Source of the DNA: Eledone cirrhosa
Taxonomy: Eukaryota
Direction of reading: 5' to 3'
NCBI GenBank assembly: GCA_964016885.1
Contig: OZ024743.1
Location: 129,952,001-130,016,000 of the forward strand
DNA: 64,000 nucleotides
The translations under genes and the position numbers were made by a program. Below the pieces are notes generated by a model that was not told where the DNA came from, made no database searches, and was given only the letters and a program-made list of their open reading frames with translations. Position 1 is the stretch's first letter. Each line of letters starts with the position of its first letter. Shown in pieces: positions 14,565-30,000 of this stretch.

Positions 14565-17500
14565 CACCAAGCACCAAACACCAAACACCAAACATCAAGC
14601 ACCAAGCACCAAACCCCAAGCACCAAACGCCAAGCACCAATCAACAAACACCAAACACCAAGCACCAAGCACCAAACACCAAAAACCAAGCACCAAGCAC
14701 AAAGCACCAAGCACCAAACACCAAGCACCAAGCGCCAAAGACCAAACACCAAGCACCAAGCACCAAACACCAAACACCAAGCACCAAGCACCAAACACCA
14801 AATACCAAGCACCAAGCACTAAACACCAAACACCAAGCACCAAGCATCAGGCAACAGGGACCAAACACCAAGCACCAAGCACCAAACACCAAACACAAAA
14901 CACCAAGTAACAAGCACCAAACACCAAACACCAAACACCAAGCACCAAGCACCAAGCACCAAACACCAAACACCAAACACCAAGCACCAAGCACCAAACA
15001 CCAAGTACCAAGCACCAAGCACGAAACATCAAGCATCAAGCACCAAGCACCAAACACAAAGCACCAAGCACCAAGCACCAAACACCTAGCACCAAGTGAC
15101 AAACACCAAGCACCAAGCACCAAGCACCAAACACCAAGCACCAAGCACCAAGCACCAAATACCAAACACCAAGCACCAAGCACCACACATCAAACACCAA
15201 ACAGCAAACACCAAACACCAAACAACAAACACCAAACACCAAACAACAAACACCAAGCACCAAGCACCAAACACCAAACAGCAAGCACCAAGCACCAAGC
15301 ACCAAGCACCAAGCACCAAACACCAAACACCAAGCACCAAGCACCAAGCACAAAACATCAAGCACCAAGCACCAGGAACCAAGCACCAAGCACCAAACAC
15401 CAAACACCAAGCACCAAACACAAAACACCAGCCACCAAGCACCAAACACCAAACACCAAGCACCAAGAACCAAACACCAAGCACCAAGCACCAAGCACCA
15501 AGCACCAAACACCAAACACCAAGCACCAAGCAAGAAGCACCAAACACCAAGCCCGAAGCACCAAGCACCAAACACCAAGCACCAAGCACCAAAAACCAAT
15601 CACCAAGCACCAAGCACCAATCACCAAACACCAAAAACCAAGCACCAAGCACCAAGTACAAAACACCAAATGCCAAACACCAAACACCAAGCACCAGGCA
15701 CCAAACACCAAGCACCAATCGCCAAAGACCAAACACCAAGCACCAAGCACCAAGCACCAAACACTAAACAGCAAACACCAAACAGCAAACACCAAACACC
15801 AAACACGAACCAGCAAACATTAAGCACCAAACACCAAACAGCAAACGCCAAACATCAAACGCCGAACACCAAACGCCAAACAGCAAACACCAAGCACCAA
15901 ACACCAAACACCAATCACCAAGCATCAAACACCAAACACCAAGCACCAATCACCAAGCACCAAGCACCAAGCACCAAGCACCAATCACCAAGCATCAAAC
16001 ACCAAGCACCTAGCACCAAATACAAACACCAAGCACCAAACACCAAGCACCAGATACCAAGCACCAAGCACCAAGCACCAAGCACCAAACACCAAACACC
16101 TAGCACCAAGCACCAAACACCAAACACCAAGCACCAAGCACCAAGCACCAAGCACCAAACACCAAACACCAAACACCAATCACCAAACAGCAAACACCAA
16201 ACACCAAACACCAAACAGCAAACACCAAACACCAAATAGCAAACACCAAACAGCAAACAGGAAACACCAAACACCAAGCACCAAGCACCAAACACCAAGC
16301 ACCAAACACCAAACACCAAGCATCAAGCACCAAACAGCAAACACCAAGCACCAAGCACCAAACACCAAGCACCAAGCCCCAAGCACCAAACACCAAACAC
16401 CAAGCACCAAACACCAAACACCAAGCACCAAGCCCCAAACACCAAGCACCAAACACCAAGCACCAAGCGACAAACACCAAACACCAAGCACCAAGCACCA
16501 AACACCAAGCACCAAGCACCAATCACCAAACACCAAGCACCAAGCACCAAACACCAAACACCAAGCACCAAGCACCAAACACCAAACACCAAGTACCAAG
16601 CACCAAGCACCAAACACCAAGCACCAAGCACCAAGCACCAAGCACCAAACACCAAACACCAAACACCAAACAGCAAACACCAAACACCAAACACCAAACA
16701 CCAAACACCAAACAGCAAACACCAAACACCAAACATCAAATACAAAACACCAAACAGCAAACACCAAACAGCAAACACCAAACACCAAACAGCAAACACC
16801 AAACAGCAAACACCAAACACCAAACACCAAACAGAAAATGCCAAACATCAAACGACAAACACCAAACGCCAAGCACCAAGCACCAAGCACCAAGCACAAA
16901 GCACCAAGCACCAAACACCAAGCACCAAGCACCAATCACCAAACACCAAGCACCACGCACACACCACAAAACACCAAACACCAAGCACCAAGCACCAAAC
17001 CCCAAGCACCAGACACCAAGCACCAATCAACAAACACCAAATACCAGGAACCAAGCACCAAACACCAAAAACCAAGCACCAAGCACAAAGCACCAAGCAC
17101 GAAACACCAAATGCCAAACACCAAACACCAAGCACCAAGCACCAAACACCAAGAACCAAGCGCCAAAAACCAAACACCAAACACCAAGCACCAAGCACCA
17201 AACACCAAGCACCAAGCCCCGAGCACCAAACACCAAGCACCAAGCACCAATCACCAAATACCAAGCACCTAGCACCAAACACCAAACACCAAGCACCAAG
17301 CACCAAACACCAAACACCAAGCACCAAGCACCAAACACCAAATACCAAGCACCAAGCACTAAACACCAAACACCAAGCACCAAGCACCAAGCACCAAGCA
17401 CCAAGCACCAAACACCAAGCACCAAGCACCAAACACCAAACACAAAACACCAAGTACCAAGCACCAAACACCAAACACCAAACACCAAGCACCAAGCACC

Positions 17501-20500
17501 AAACACCAAGCACCAAGTACCAAGCACCAAACAACAAGCACCAAGCACCAAGTAGCTAACACCAAGCACCAAGTACCAAACACCAAATGCCTAGCACCAA
17601 GCACCAAACACCAAGCACCAAGCACAAAGCACCAAAAGCCAAGCACCAAGCACCAAGCACCAAACAACAAACAGCAAGCACCAAGTACCACACATCAAAC
17701 ACCAAGCACTAAACACCAAACACCAGGCCCAAACACCAAGCACCAAACACCAAGTACCAAGCACCAAGCAACAAACACAAAGCACCAATCACCAAGCACC
17801 AAATACCAAACACCAAGCACCAAGCACCACACATCAAACACCAAACACCACACACCAAAAACCAAACAGCAAACACCAAACAGCAAACACCAAACACCAA
17901 ACAGCAAACACCAAACACCAAACACCAAACAGCAAGCACCAAGCACCAAACACCAAACAGCAAGCACCAAGCACCAAGCACCAAGCACCAAGCACCAAAC
18001 ACCAAACACCAAGCACCAAGCACCAAGCACCAAACACCAAACACCAAGCACCAAGCACCAAGCACAAAACATCAAGCACCAAGCACCAAGAACCAAGCAC
18101 CAAGCACCAAACACCAAGCACCAAGCAAGAAGCACCAAACACCAAGCCCCAAGCTCCAAGCACCAAACAACAAGAACCAAGCACCAAGCACCAAACACCA
18201 ATCACCAAGCAGCAAACACCAAGCACCAAGCACCAAGCACCAATCACCAAACACCAAAAACCAAGCACCAAGCACCAAGTACCAAACACCAAATGCCAAA
18301 CACCAAACACCACGCACCAGGCACCAAACACCAAGCACCAAGCGCCAAAGACCAAACACCAAGCACCAAGCACCAAGCACCAAACACTAAACTGCAAACA
18401 CCAAACAGCAAACACCAAACACCAAACACGAACCAGCAAACATCAAGCAGCAAACACCAAACAGCAAACGCCAAACATCAAACGCCGAACACCAAACGCC
18501 AAACCGCAAACACCAAGCACCAAGCACCAAACACCAATCACCAAGCATCAAACACCATACACCAAGCACCAATCACCAAGCACCAAGCACCAAGCACCAA
18601 GCACCAAGCACCAAGCATCAAACACCAAGCACCTAGCACCAAGTACAAACACCAAGCACCAAACACCAAGCACCAGATACCAAGCACCAAGCACCAAGCA
18701 CCAAGCACCAAACACCAAACACCAAGCACCAAGCACCAAGCACCAAGCACCAAACACCAAACACCAAACACCAAACAGCAAACACAAAACACCAAATAGC
18801 AAACACCAATCACCAAACAGCAAACACCAAACACCAAACACCAAACACCAAACACCAAACACCAAACAACAAATAGCAAACAGCAAACACCAAACACCAA
18901 GCACCAAGCACCAAACACCAAGCACCAAACACCAAACACCAAGCATCAAGCACCAAACAGCAAACACCAAGCACCAAGCACCAAACACCAAGCACCAAGC
19001 CCCAAGCACCAAACACCAAACACCAAGCACCAAACACCAAACACCAAGCACCAAGCACCAAACACCAAGCACCAAACACCAAGCACCAAGCGCCAAACAC
19101 CAAACACCAAGCACCAAGCACCAAACACCAAGCACCAAGCACCAATCACCAAACACCAGGCACCAAGCACCAAACACCAAACACCAAGCACCAAGCACCA
19201 GACACCAAACACCAAGTACCAAGCACCAAGCACCAAACACCAAGCACCAAGCACCAAGCACCAAGCACCAAACACCAAACACCAAACACCAAACACCAAA
19301 CACCAAACACCAAACACCAAGCACCAAACACCAAACACCAAACATCAAGCACCAAGCACCAAACCCCAAGCACCAAACGCCAAGCACCAATCAACAAACA
19401 CCAAACACCAAGCACCAAGCACCAAACACCAAAAACCAAGCACCAAGCACAAAGCACCAAGCACCAAACACCAAGCACCAAGCGCCAAAGACCAAACACC
19501 AAGCACCAAGCACCAAACACCAAACACCAAGCACCAAGCACCAAACACCAAATACCAAGCACCAAGCACTAAACACCAAACACCAAGCACCAAGCATCAA
19601 GCACCAAGCACCAAACACCAAGCACCAAGCACCAAACACCAAACACAAAACACCAAGTAACAAGCACCAAACACCAAACACCAAACACCAAGCACCAAGC
19701 ACCAAGCACCAAACACCAAACACCAAACACCAAGCACCAAGCACCAAACACCAAGTACCAAGCACCAAGCACGAAACATCAAGCATCAAGCACCAAGCAC
19801 CAAACACAAAGCACCAAGCACCAAGCACCAAACACCTAGCACCAAGTGACAAACACCAAGCACCAAGCACCAAGCACCAAACACCAAGCACCAAGCACCA
19901 AGCACCAAATACCAAACACCAAGCACCAAGCACCACACATCAAACACCAAACAGCAAACACCAAACACCAAACAACAAACACCAAACACCAAACAACAAA
20001 CACCAAGCACCAAGCACCAAACACCAAACAGCAAGCACCAAGCACCAAGCACCAAGCACCAAGCACCAAACACCAAACACCAAGCACCAAGCACCAAGCA
20101 CAAAACATCAAGCACCAAGCACCAGGAACCAAGCACCAAGCACCAAACACCAAACACCAAGCACCAAACACAAAACACCAGCCACCAAGCACCAAACACC
20201 AAACACCAAGCACCAAGAACCAAACACCAAGCACCAAGCACCAAGCACCAAGCACCAAACACCAAACACCAAGCACCAAGCAAGAAGCACCAAACACCAA
20301 GCCCCAAGCACCAAGCACCAAACACCAAGCACCAAGCACCAAAAACCAATCACCAAGCACCAAGCACCAATCACCAAACACCAAAAACCAAGCACCAAGC
20401 ACCAAGTACAAAACACCAAATGCCAAACACCAAACACCAAGCACCAGGCACCAAACACCAAGCACCAATCGCCAAAGACCAAACACCAAGCACCAAGCAC

Positions 20501-23500
20501 CAAGCACCAAACACTAAACAGCAAACACCAAACAGCAAACACCAAACACCAAACACGAACCAGCAAACATTAAGCACCAAACACCAAACAGCAAACGCCA
20601 AACATCAAACGCCGAACACCAAACGCCAAACAGCAAACACCAAGCACCAAACACCAAACACCAATCACCAAGCATCAAACACCAAACACCAAGCACCAAT
20701 CACCAAGCACCAAGCACCAAGCACCAAGCACCAATCACCAAGCATCAAACACCAAGCACCTAGCACCAAATACAAACACCAAGCACCAAACACCAAGCAC
20801 CAGATACCAAGCACCAAGCACCAAGCACCAAGCACCAAACACCAAACACCTAGCACCAAGCACCAAACACCAAACACCAAGCACCAAGCACCAAGCACCA
20901 AGCACCAAACACCAAACACCAAACACCAATCACCAAACAGCAAACACCAAACACCAAACACCAAACAGCAAACACCAAACACCAAATAGCAAACACCAAA
21001 CAGCAAACAGGAAACACCAAACACCAAGCACCAAGCACCAAACACCAAGCACCAAACACCAAACACCAAGCATCAAGCACCAAACAGCAAACACCAAGCA
21101 CCAAGCACCAAACACCAAGCACCAAGCCCCAAGCACCAAACACCAAACACCAAGCACCAAACACCAAACACCAAGCACCAAGCCCCAAACACCAAGCACC
21201 AAACACCAAGCACCAAGCGACAAACACCAAACACCAAGCACCAAGCACCAAACACCAAGCACCAAGCACCAATCACCAAACACCAAGCACCAAGCACCAA
21301 ACACCAAACACCAAGCACCAAGCACCAAACACCAAACACCAAGTACCAAGCACCAAGCACCAAACACCAAGCACCAAGCACCAAGCACCAAGCACCAAAC
21401 ACCAAACACCAAACACCAAACAGCAAACACCAAACACCAAACACCAAACACCAAACACCAAACAGCAAACACCAAACACCAAACATCAAATACAAAACAC
21501 CAAACAGCAAACACCAAACAGCAAACACCAAACACCAAACAGCAAACACCAAACAGCAAACACCAAACACCAAACACCAAACAGAAAATGCCAAACATCA
21601 AACGACAAACACCAAACGCCAAGCACCAAGCACCAAGCACCAAGCACAAAGCACCAAGCACCAAACACCACGCACCAAGCACCAATCACCAAACACCAAG
21701 CACCACGCACACACCACAAAACACCAAACACCAAGCACCAAGCACCAAACCCCAAGCACCAGACACCAAGCACCAATCAACAAACACCAAATACCAGGAA
21801 CCAAGCACCAAACACCAAAAACCAAGCACCAAGCACAAAGCACCAAGCACGAAACACCAAATGCCAAACACCAAACACCAAGCACCAAGCACCAAACACC
21901 AAGAACCAAGCGCCAAAAACCAAACACCAAGCACCAAGCACCAAACACCAAGCACCAAGCCCCGAGCACCAAACACCAAGCACCAAGCACCAATCACCAA
22001 ATACCAAGCACCTAGCACCAAACACCAAACACCAAGCACCAAGCACCAAACACCAAACACCAAGCACCAAGCACCAAACACCAAATACCAAGCACCAAGC
22101 ACTAAACACCAAACACCAAGCACCAAGCACCAAGCACCAAGCACCAAGCACCAAACACCAAGCACCAAGCACCAAACACCAAACACAAAACACCAAGTAC
22201 CAAGCACCAAACACCAAACACCAAACACCAAGCACCAAGCACCAAACACCAAGCACCAAGTACCAAGCACCAAACAACAAGCACCAAGCACCAAGTAGCT
22301 AACACCAAGCACCAAGTACCAAACACCAAATGCCTAGCACCAAGCACCAAACACCAAGCACCAAGCACAAAGCACCAAAAGCCAAGCACCAAGCACCAAG
22401 CACCAAACAACAAACAGCAAGCACCAAGTACCACACATCAAACACCAAGCACTAAACACCAAACACCAGGCCCAAACACCAAGCACCAAACACCAAGTAC
22501 CAAGCACCAAGCAACAAACACAAAGCACCAATCACCAAGCACCAAATACCAAACACCAAGCACCAAGCACCACACATCAAACACCAAACACCACACACCA
22601 AAAACCAAACAGCAAACACCAAACAGCAAACACCAAACACCAAACAGCAAACACCAAACACCAAACACCAAACAGCAAGCACCAAGCACCAAACACCAAA
22701 CAGCAAGCACCAAGCACCAAGCACCAAGCACCAAGCACCAAACACCAAACACCAAGCACCAAGCACCAAGCACCAAACACCAAACACCAAGCACCAAGCA
22801 CCAAGCACAAAACATCAAGCACCAAGCACCAAGAACCAAGCACCAAGCACCAAACACCAAGCACCAAGCAAGAAGCACCAAACACCAAGCCCCAAGCTCC
22901 AAGCACCAAACAACAAGAACCAAGCACCAAGCACCAAACACCAATCACCAAGCAGCAAACACCAAGCACCAAGCACCAAGCACCAATCACCAAACACCAA
23001 AAACCAAGCACCAAGCACCAAGTACCAAACACCAAATGCCAAACACCAAACACCACGCACCAGGCACCAAACACCAAGCACCAAGCGCCAAAGACCAAAC
23101 ACCAAGCACCAAGCACCAAGCACCAAACACTAAACAGCAAACACCAAACAGCAAACACCAAACACCAAACACGAACCAGCAAACATCAAGCAGCAAACAC
23201 CAAACAGCAAACGCCAAACATCAAACGCCGAACACCAAACGCCAAACCGCAAACACCAAGCACCAAGCACCAAACACCAATCACCAAGCATCAAACACCA
23301 TACACCAAGCACCAATCACCAAGCACCAAGCACCAAGCACCAAGCACCAAGCATCAAACACCAAGCACCTAGCACCAAGTACAAACACCAAGCACCAAAC
23401 ACCAAGCACCAGATACCAAGCACCAAGCACCAAGCACCAAGCACCAAACACCAAACACCAAGCACCAAGCACCAAGCACCAAGCACCAAACACCAAACAC

Positions 23501-24045
23501 CAAACACCAAACAGCAAACACAAAACACCAAATAGCAAACACCAATCACCAAACAGCAAACACCAAACACCAAACACCAAACAGCAAACACCAAACAACA
23601 AATAGCAAACAGCAAACACCAAACACCAAGCACCAAGCACCAAACACCAAGCACCAAACACCAAACACCAAGCATCAAGCACCAAACAGCAAACACCAAG
23701 CACCAAGCACCAAACACCAAGCACCAAGCCCCAAGCACCAAACACCAAACACCAAGCACCAAACACCAAACACCAAGCACCAAGCACCAAACACCAAGCA
23801 CCAAACACCAAGCACCAAGCGCCAAACACCAAACACCAAGCACCAAGCACCAAACACCAAGCACCAAGCACCAATCACCAAACACCAGGCACCAAGCACC
23901 AAACACCAAACACCAAGCACCAAGCACCAGACACCAAACACCAAGTACCAAGCACCAAGCACCAAACACAAAGCACCAAGCACCAAGCACCAAGCACCAA
24001 ACACCAAACACCAAACACCAAACACCAAACACCAAACACCAAACA
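14565..24045 (+). repeat. Near-perfect tandem duplication of a 4,750-bp unit (14565-19314 and 19315-~24045)
   Basis: ORF pairs 14595/19345, 15096/19846, 15670/20420 and 16736/21486 (offset 4750), then 17359/22102 and 18387/23130 (4743, one unit lost). 4750 = 679x7-3, matching three 6-bp units (TACAAA ~16021, CCCAAA ~17728, TACAAA ~18644). Confidence 0.95.
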
Positions 24046-27000
24046 CCAAACAGCAAACACCAAACACCAAACATGAAATACAAAACACCAAACAGCAAAC
24101 ACCAAACAGCAAACACCAAACACAAAAACAGCAAACACCAAACAGCAAACACCAAACACCAAACACCAAACAGAAAATGCCAAACATCAAACGACAAACA
24201 CCAAACGCCAAGCACCAAGCACCAAACACCAAGCACCACGCACCAAACACCAAATACCTAGCACCAAGAACCAAACACCAAGCACCAAGCACCAAACACC
24301 AAGCACCAAGCACCAAGCACCAAGCACCAAGCACCAAATACCTAACACCAAGCATCAAGCACCACACATCAAACACCAAGCACCAAGCACCAAACACCAA
24401 ACACCAAAGACCAGGCACCAAGCACCAATAACCAAGCACCAAGCACCAAGGAACAAACACCAAGCACCAAGCACCAAGCACCAAACAGCAAACACAAACA
24501 GCAAACACCAAACAGCAAACACCAAACACCAAACAGCAAACACCAAACACCAAACAGCAAACACGAAACACCAAACAGCAAACACCAAACAGCAAACACC
24601 ATACAGCAAACAGCAAACACCAAACACCAAACACCAAACACCAAGCACCAAACACCAAGCACCAAGCAACAAGCACCAATCACCAAGCACCAAGCACCAA
24701 ACACCAAACACCAAGCACCAAGCACCAAACACCAAACACCAAACAGCGAGCACCAAACACCAATCGCCAAGCACCAAACACCAAACACCAAACACCAAAC
24801 ACCAAGCACCAAACACCAAAAACCAAGCACCAAACACCAAGCACCAAGCGCCAAACACCAAACACCAAGCACCAAGCACCAAACACCAAGCACAAAGCAC
24901 CAATCACCAAACACCAAGCACCAAGCACCAAACACCAAACACCAAGCACCAAGTACCAAGCACCAAACACCAAACACCAAACACCAAACAGCAAACACCA
25001 AACACCAAACATCAAATACAAAACACCAAACAGCAAACACCAAACAGCAAACACCAAACACCAAACAGCAAACACCAAACAGCAAACACCAAACACCAAA
25101 TACCAAACAGAAAATGCCAAACATCAAACGACAAACACCAAACGCCAAGCACCAAGCACCAAGCACCAAGCACAAAGCACCAAGCACCAAACACCAAGCA
25201 CCAAGCACCAAGCACCAAACACCAAGCACCACGCACCAAACACCAAACACCAAACACCAAGCTCCAAGCACCAAACCCCAAGCACCAGACACGAAGCACC
25301 AATCAACAAACACCAAATACCAAGCACCAAGCACCAAAAACCAAGCACCAAGCACAAAGCACCAAGCACCAAACACCAAATGCCAAACACCAAACACCAA
25401 GCACCAAGCACCAATCACCAAGCACCAAGCGCCAAAGACCAAGCACCAAGCACCAAGCACCAAACACCAAGCACCAAGCTCCGAGCACCAAACACCAAGC
25501 ACCAAGCACCAAGCACCAAATACCAAGCACCTAGCACCAAACACCAAACACCAAGCACCAAGCGCCAAAGACCAAGCACCAAGCACCAAGCACCAAACAC
25601 CAAGAACCAAGCACCAAGCACTAAACACCAAACACCAAGCACCAAGCACCAAACACCAAACACCAAGCACCAAGCACCAAACACCAAACACCACACACCA
25701 AGCACCAAGCACCAAACCCCAAGCACCAGACACCAAGCACCAATCAACAAACACCAAATACCAAGCACCAAGCACCAAACACCAAAAACCAAGCACCAAG
25801 CACAAAGCACCAAGCACCAAACACCAAATGCCAAACACCAAACACCAAGCACCAAGCACCAAACGCCAAGCACCAAGCGCCAAAGACCAAACACCAAGCA
25901 CCAAGCACCAAACACCAAGCACCAAGCTCCGAGCACCAAACACCAAGCACCAAGCACCAATCACCAAATACCAAGCACCTAGCACCAAACACCAAGCACC
26001 AAGCACCAAGCACCAAGCACCAAACACCAAGCACCAAGCACCAAACACCAAACACAAAACACCAAGTACCAAGCACCAAACACCAAACACCAAACACCAA
26101 GCACCAAGCACCAAACACCAAGCACCAAGCACCAAGCACCAAACAACAAGCACCAAGTACCAAGTACCTAACACCAAGCACCAAGCACCAAACACCAAAC
26201 GTCTAGCACTAAGCACCAAACACCAAGCACCACGCATAAAGCACCAAAAGCCAAGCACCAAGCACCAAGCACCAAACACCAAACAGCAAGCACCAAGTAC
26301 CACACATCAAACACCGAGCACCAAACACCAGGCCCAAACACCAAGCACCAATCACCAAGCACCAAGCACCAAGCAACAAACACAAAGCACCAATCACCAA
26401 GCACCGAGCACCAAGCACCAAGCACCAAGCACCAAACACCAAGCACCAAACATCAAACACCAAGCACCAAGCACCAATCACCAAACACCAAGCACCAAGC
26501 ACCAAACACGAAACACCAAGTACCAAGCACAAAGCACCAAACACCAAGCACCAAGCACCAAGCACCAAACACCAAACACCAAACACTAAACACCAAACAG
26601 CAAACACCAAACACCAAACACCAAATACAAAACACCAAACAGCAAACAGCAAACACCAAACAGCAAAAACCAAACACCAAACAGCAAACACCAAACAACA
26701 AACACCAAACAACAAACACCAAACAGAAAATGCCAAACATCAAACGACAAACACCAAACGCCAAGCACCAAGCACCAAGCACCAAGCACAAAGCACCAAG
26801 CACCAAACACCAAGCACCAAGCACCAATCACCAAACACCAAGCACCACGCACACACCACAAAACACCAAACACCAAGCACCAAGCACCAAACCCCAAGCA
26901 CCAGACACCAAGCACCAATCAACAAACACCAAATACCAGGAACCAAGCACCAAACACCAAAAACCAAGCACCAAGCACAAAGCACCAAGCACCAAACACC

Positions 27001-30000
27001 AAATGCCAAACACCAAACACCAAGCACCAAGCACCAAACACCAAGCACCAAGCGCCAAAAACCAAACACCAAGCATCAAGCACCAAACACCAAGCACCAA
27101 GCCCCGAGCAACAAACACCAAGCACCAAGCACCAATCACCAAATACCAAGCACCTAGCACCAAACACCAAACACCAAGCACCAAGCACCAAACACCAAAC
27201 ACCAAGCACCAAGCACCAAACACCAAATACCAAGCACCAAGCACTAAACACCAAACACCAAGCACCAAGCACCAAGCACCAAGCACCAAGCACCAAACAC
27301 CAAGCACCAAGCACCAAACACCAAACACAAAACACCAAGTACCAAGCACCAAACACCAAACACCAAACACCAAGCACCAAGCACCAAACACCAAGCACCA
27401 AGCACCAAGCACCAAACAACAAGCACCAAGCACCAAGTAGCTAACACCAAGCACCAAGTACCAAACACCAAACGCCTAGCACCAAGCACCAAACACCAAG
27501 CACCAAGCACAAAGCACCAAAAGCCAAGCACCAAGCACCAAGCACCAAACACCAAACAGCAAGCACCAAGTACCACACATCAAACACCAAGCACTAAACA
27601 CCAAACACCAGGCCCAAACACCAAGCACCAAACACCAAGTACCAAGCACCAAGCAACAAACACAAAGCACCAATCACCAAGCACCAAATACCAAACACCA
27701 AGCACCAAGCACCACACATCAAACACCAAACACCACACACCAAAAACCAAACAGCAAACACCAAACAGCAAACACCAAACACCAAATAGCAAACACCAAA
27801 CAGCAAACACCAAACACCAAACAGCAAACACCAAACACCAAACACCAAACAGCAAGCACCAAGCACCAAACACCAAACAGCAAGCACCAAGCACCAAACA
27901 CCAAACAGCAAACAGCAAACAGCAAACACCAAACACCAGACAGAAAATGCCAAACATCAAACGACAAACACCAAACGCCAAGCACCAAGCACCAAGCACC
28001 AAGCACAAAGCACCAAGCACCAGACACCAAGCACCAAGCACTAAGCACCAAACACCAAGCACCACGCACCAAACACCAAACACCAAACACCAAGCACCAA
28101 GCACCAAACCCCAAGCACCAGACACCAAGCACCAATCAACAAACACCAAATACCAAGCACCAAGCACCAGAAACCAAGCACCAAGCACAAAGCACCAAGC
28201 ACCAAACACCAAATGCCAAACACCAAGCACCAAGCACCAAACACCAAGCACCAAGAACCAAACACCAAGCACCAAGCACCAAGCACCAAACACCAAACAC
28301 CAAAGACCAGGCACCAAGCACCAAGCACCAAGGAACAAACACCAAGCACCAACCACCAAGCACCAAACAGCAAACACAAACAGCAAACACCAAACAGCAA
28401 ACACCAAACACCAAACAGCAAACACCAAACACCAAACAGCAAACACCAAACACCAAACAGCAAACACCAAACACCAAACACCAAGCACCGAGCACCAAAC
28501 ACCAATCACCAAGCACCAAACACCAAACACCAAGCACCAAGCACCAATCACCAAACACCAAGCACCAAGCACCAAACACCAAACACCAAGCACCAAGCAC
28601 CAAACACCAAACACCAAGTACCAAGCACCAAGCACCAAACACCAAGCACCAAGCACCAAGCACCAAGCACCAAACACCAAACACCAAACACCAAACAGCA
28701 AACACCAAACACCAAACACCAAACACCAAACACCAAACAGCAAACACCAAACACCAAACATCAAATACAAAACACCAAACAGCAAACACCAAACAGCAAA
28801 CACCAAACACCAAACAGCAAACACCAAACAGCAAACACCAAACACCAAACACCAAACAGAAAATGCCAAACATCAAACGACAAACACCAAACGCCAAGCA
28901 CCAAGCACCAAGCACCAAGCACAAAGCACCAAGCACCAAACACCAAGCACCAAGCACCAATCACCAAACACCAAGCACCACGCACACACCACAAAACACC
29001 AAACACCAAGCACCAAGCACCAAACCCCAAGCACCAGACACCAAGCACCAATCAACAAACACCAAATACCAGGAACCAAGCACCAAACACCAAAAACCAA
29101 GCACCAAGCACAAAGCACCAAGCACGAAACACCAAATGCCAAACACCAAACACCAAGCACCAAGAACCAAACACCAAGAACCAAGCGCCAAAAACGAAAC
29201 ACCAAGCACCAAGCACCAAACACCAAGCACCAAGCCCCGAGCACCAAACACCAAGCACCAAGCACCAATCACCAAATACCAAGCACCTAGCACCAAACAC
29301 CAAACACCAAGCACCAAGCACCAAACACCAAACACCAAGCACCAAGCACCAAACACCAAATACCAAGCACCAAGCACTAAACACCAAACACCAAGCACCA
29401 AGCACCAAGCACCAAGCACCAAGCACCAAACACCAAGCACCAAGCACCAAACACCAAACACAAAACACCAAGTACCAAGCACCAAACACCAAACACCAAA
29501 CACCAAGCACCAAGCACCAAACACCAAGCACCAAGTACCAAGCACCAAACAACAAGCACCAAGCACCAAGTAGCTAACACCAAGCACCAAGTACCAAACA
29601 CCAAACGCCTAGCACCAAGCACCAAACACCAAGCACCAAGCACAAAGCACCAAAAGCCAAGCACCAAGCACCAAGCACCAAACACCAAACAGCAAGCACC
29701 AAGTACCACACATCAAACACCAAGCACTAAACACCAAACACCAGGCCCAAACACCAAGCACCAAACACCAAGTACCAAGCACCAAGCAACAAACACAAAG
29801 CACCAATCACCAAGCACCAAATACCAAACACCAAGCACCAAGCACCACACATCAAACACCAAACACCACACACCAAAAACCAAACAGCAAACACCAAACA
29901 GCAAACACCAAACACCAAATAGCAAACACCAAACAGCAAACACCAAACACCAAACAGCAAACACCAAACACCAAACACCAAACAGCAAGCACCAAGCACC

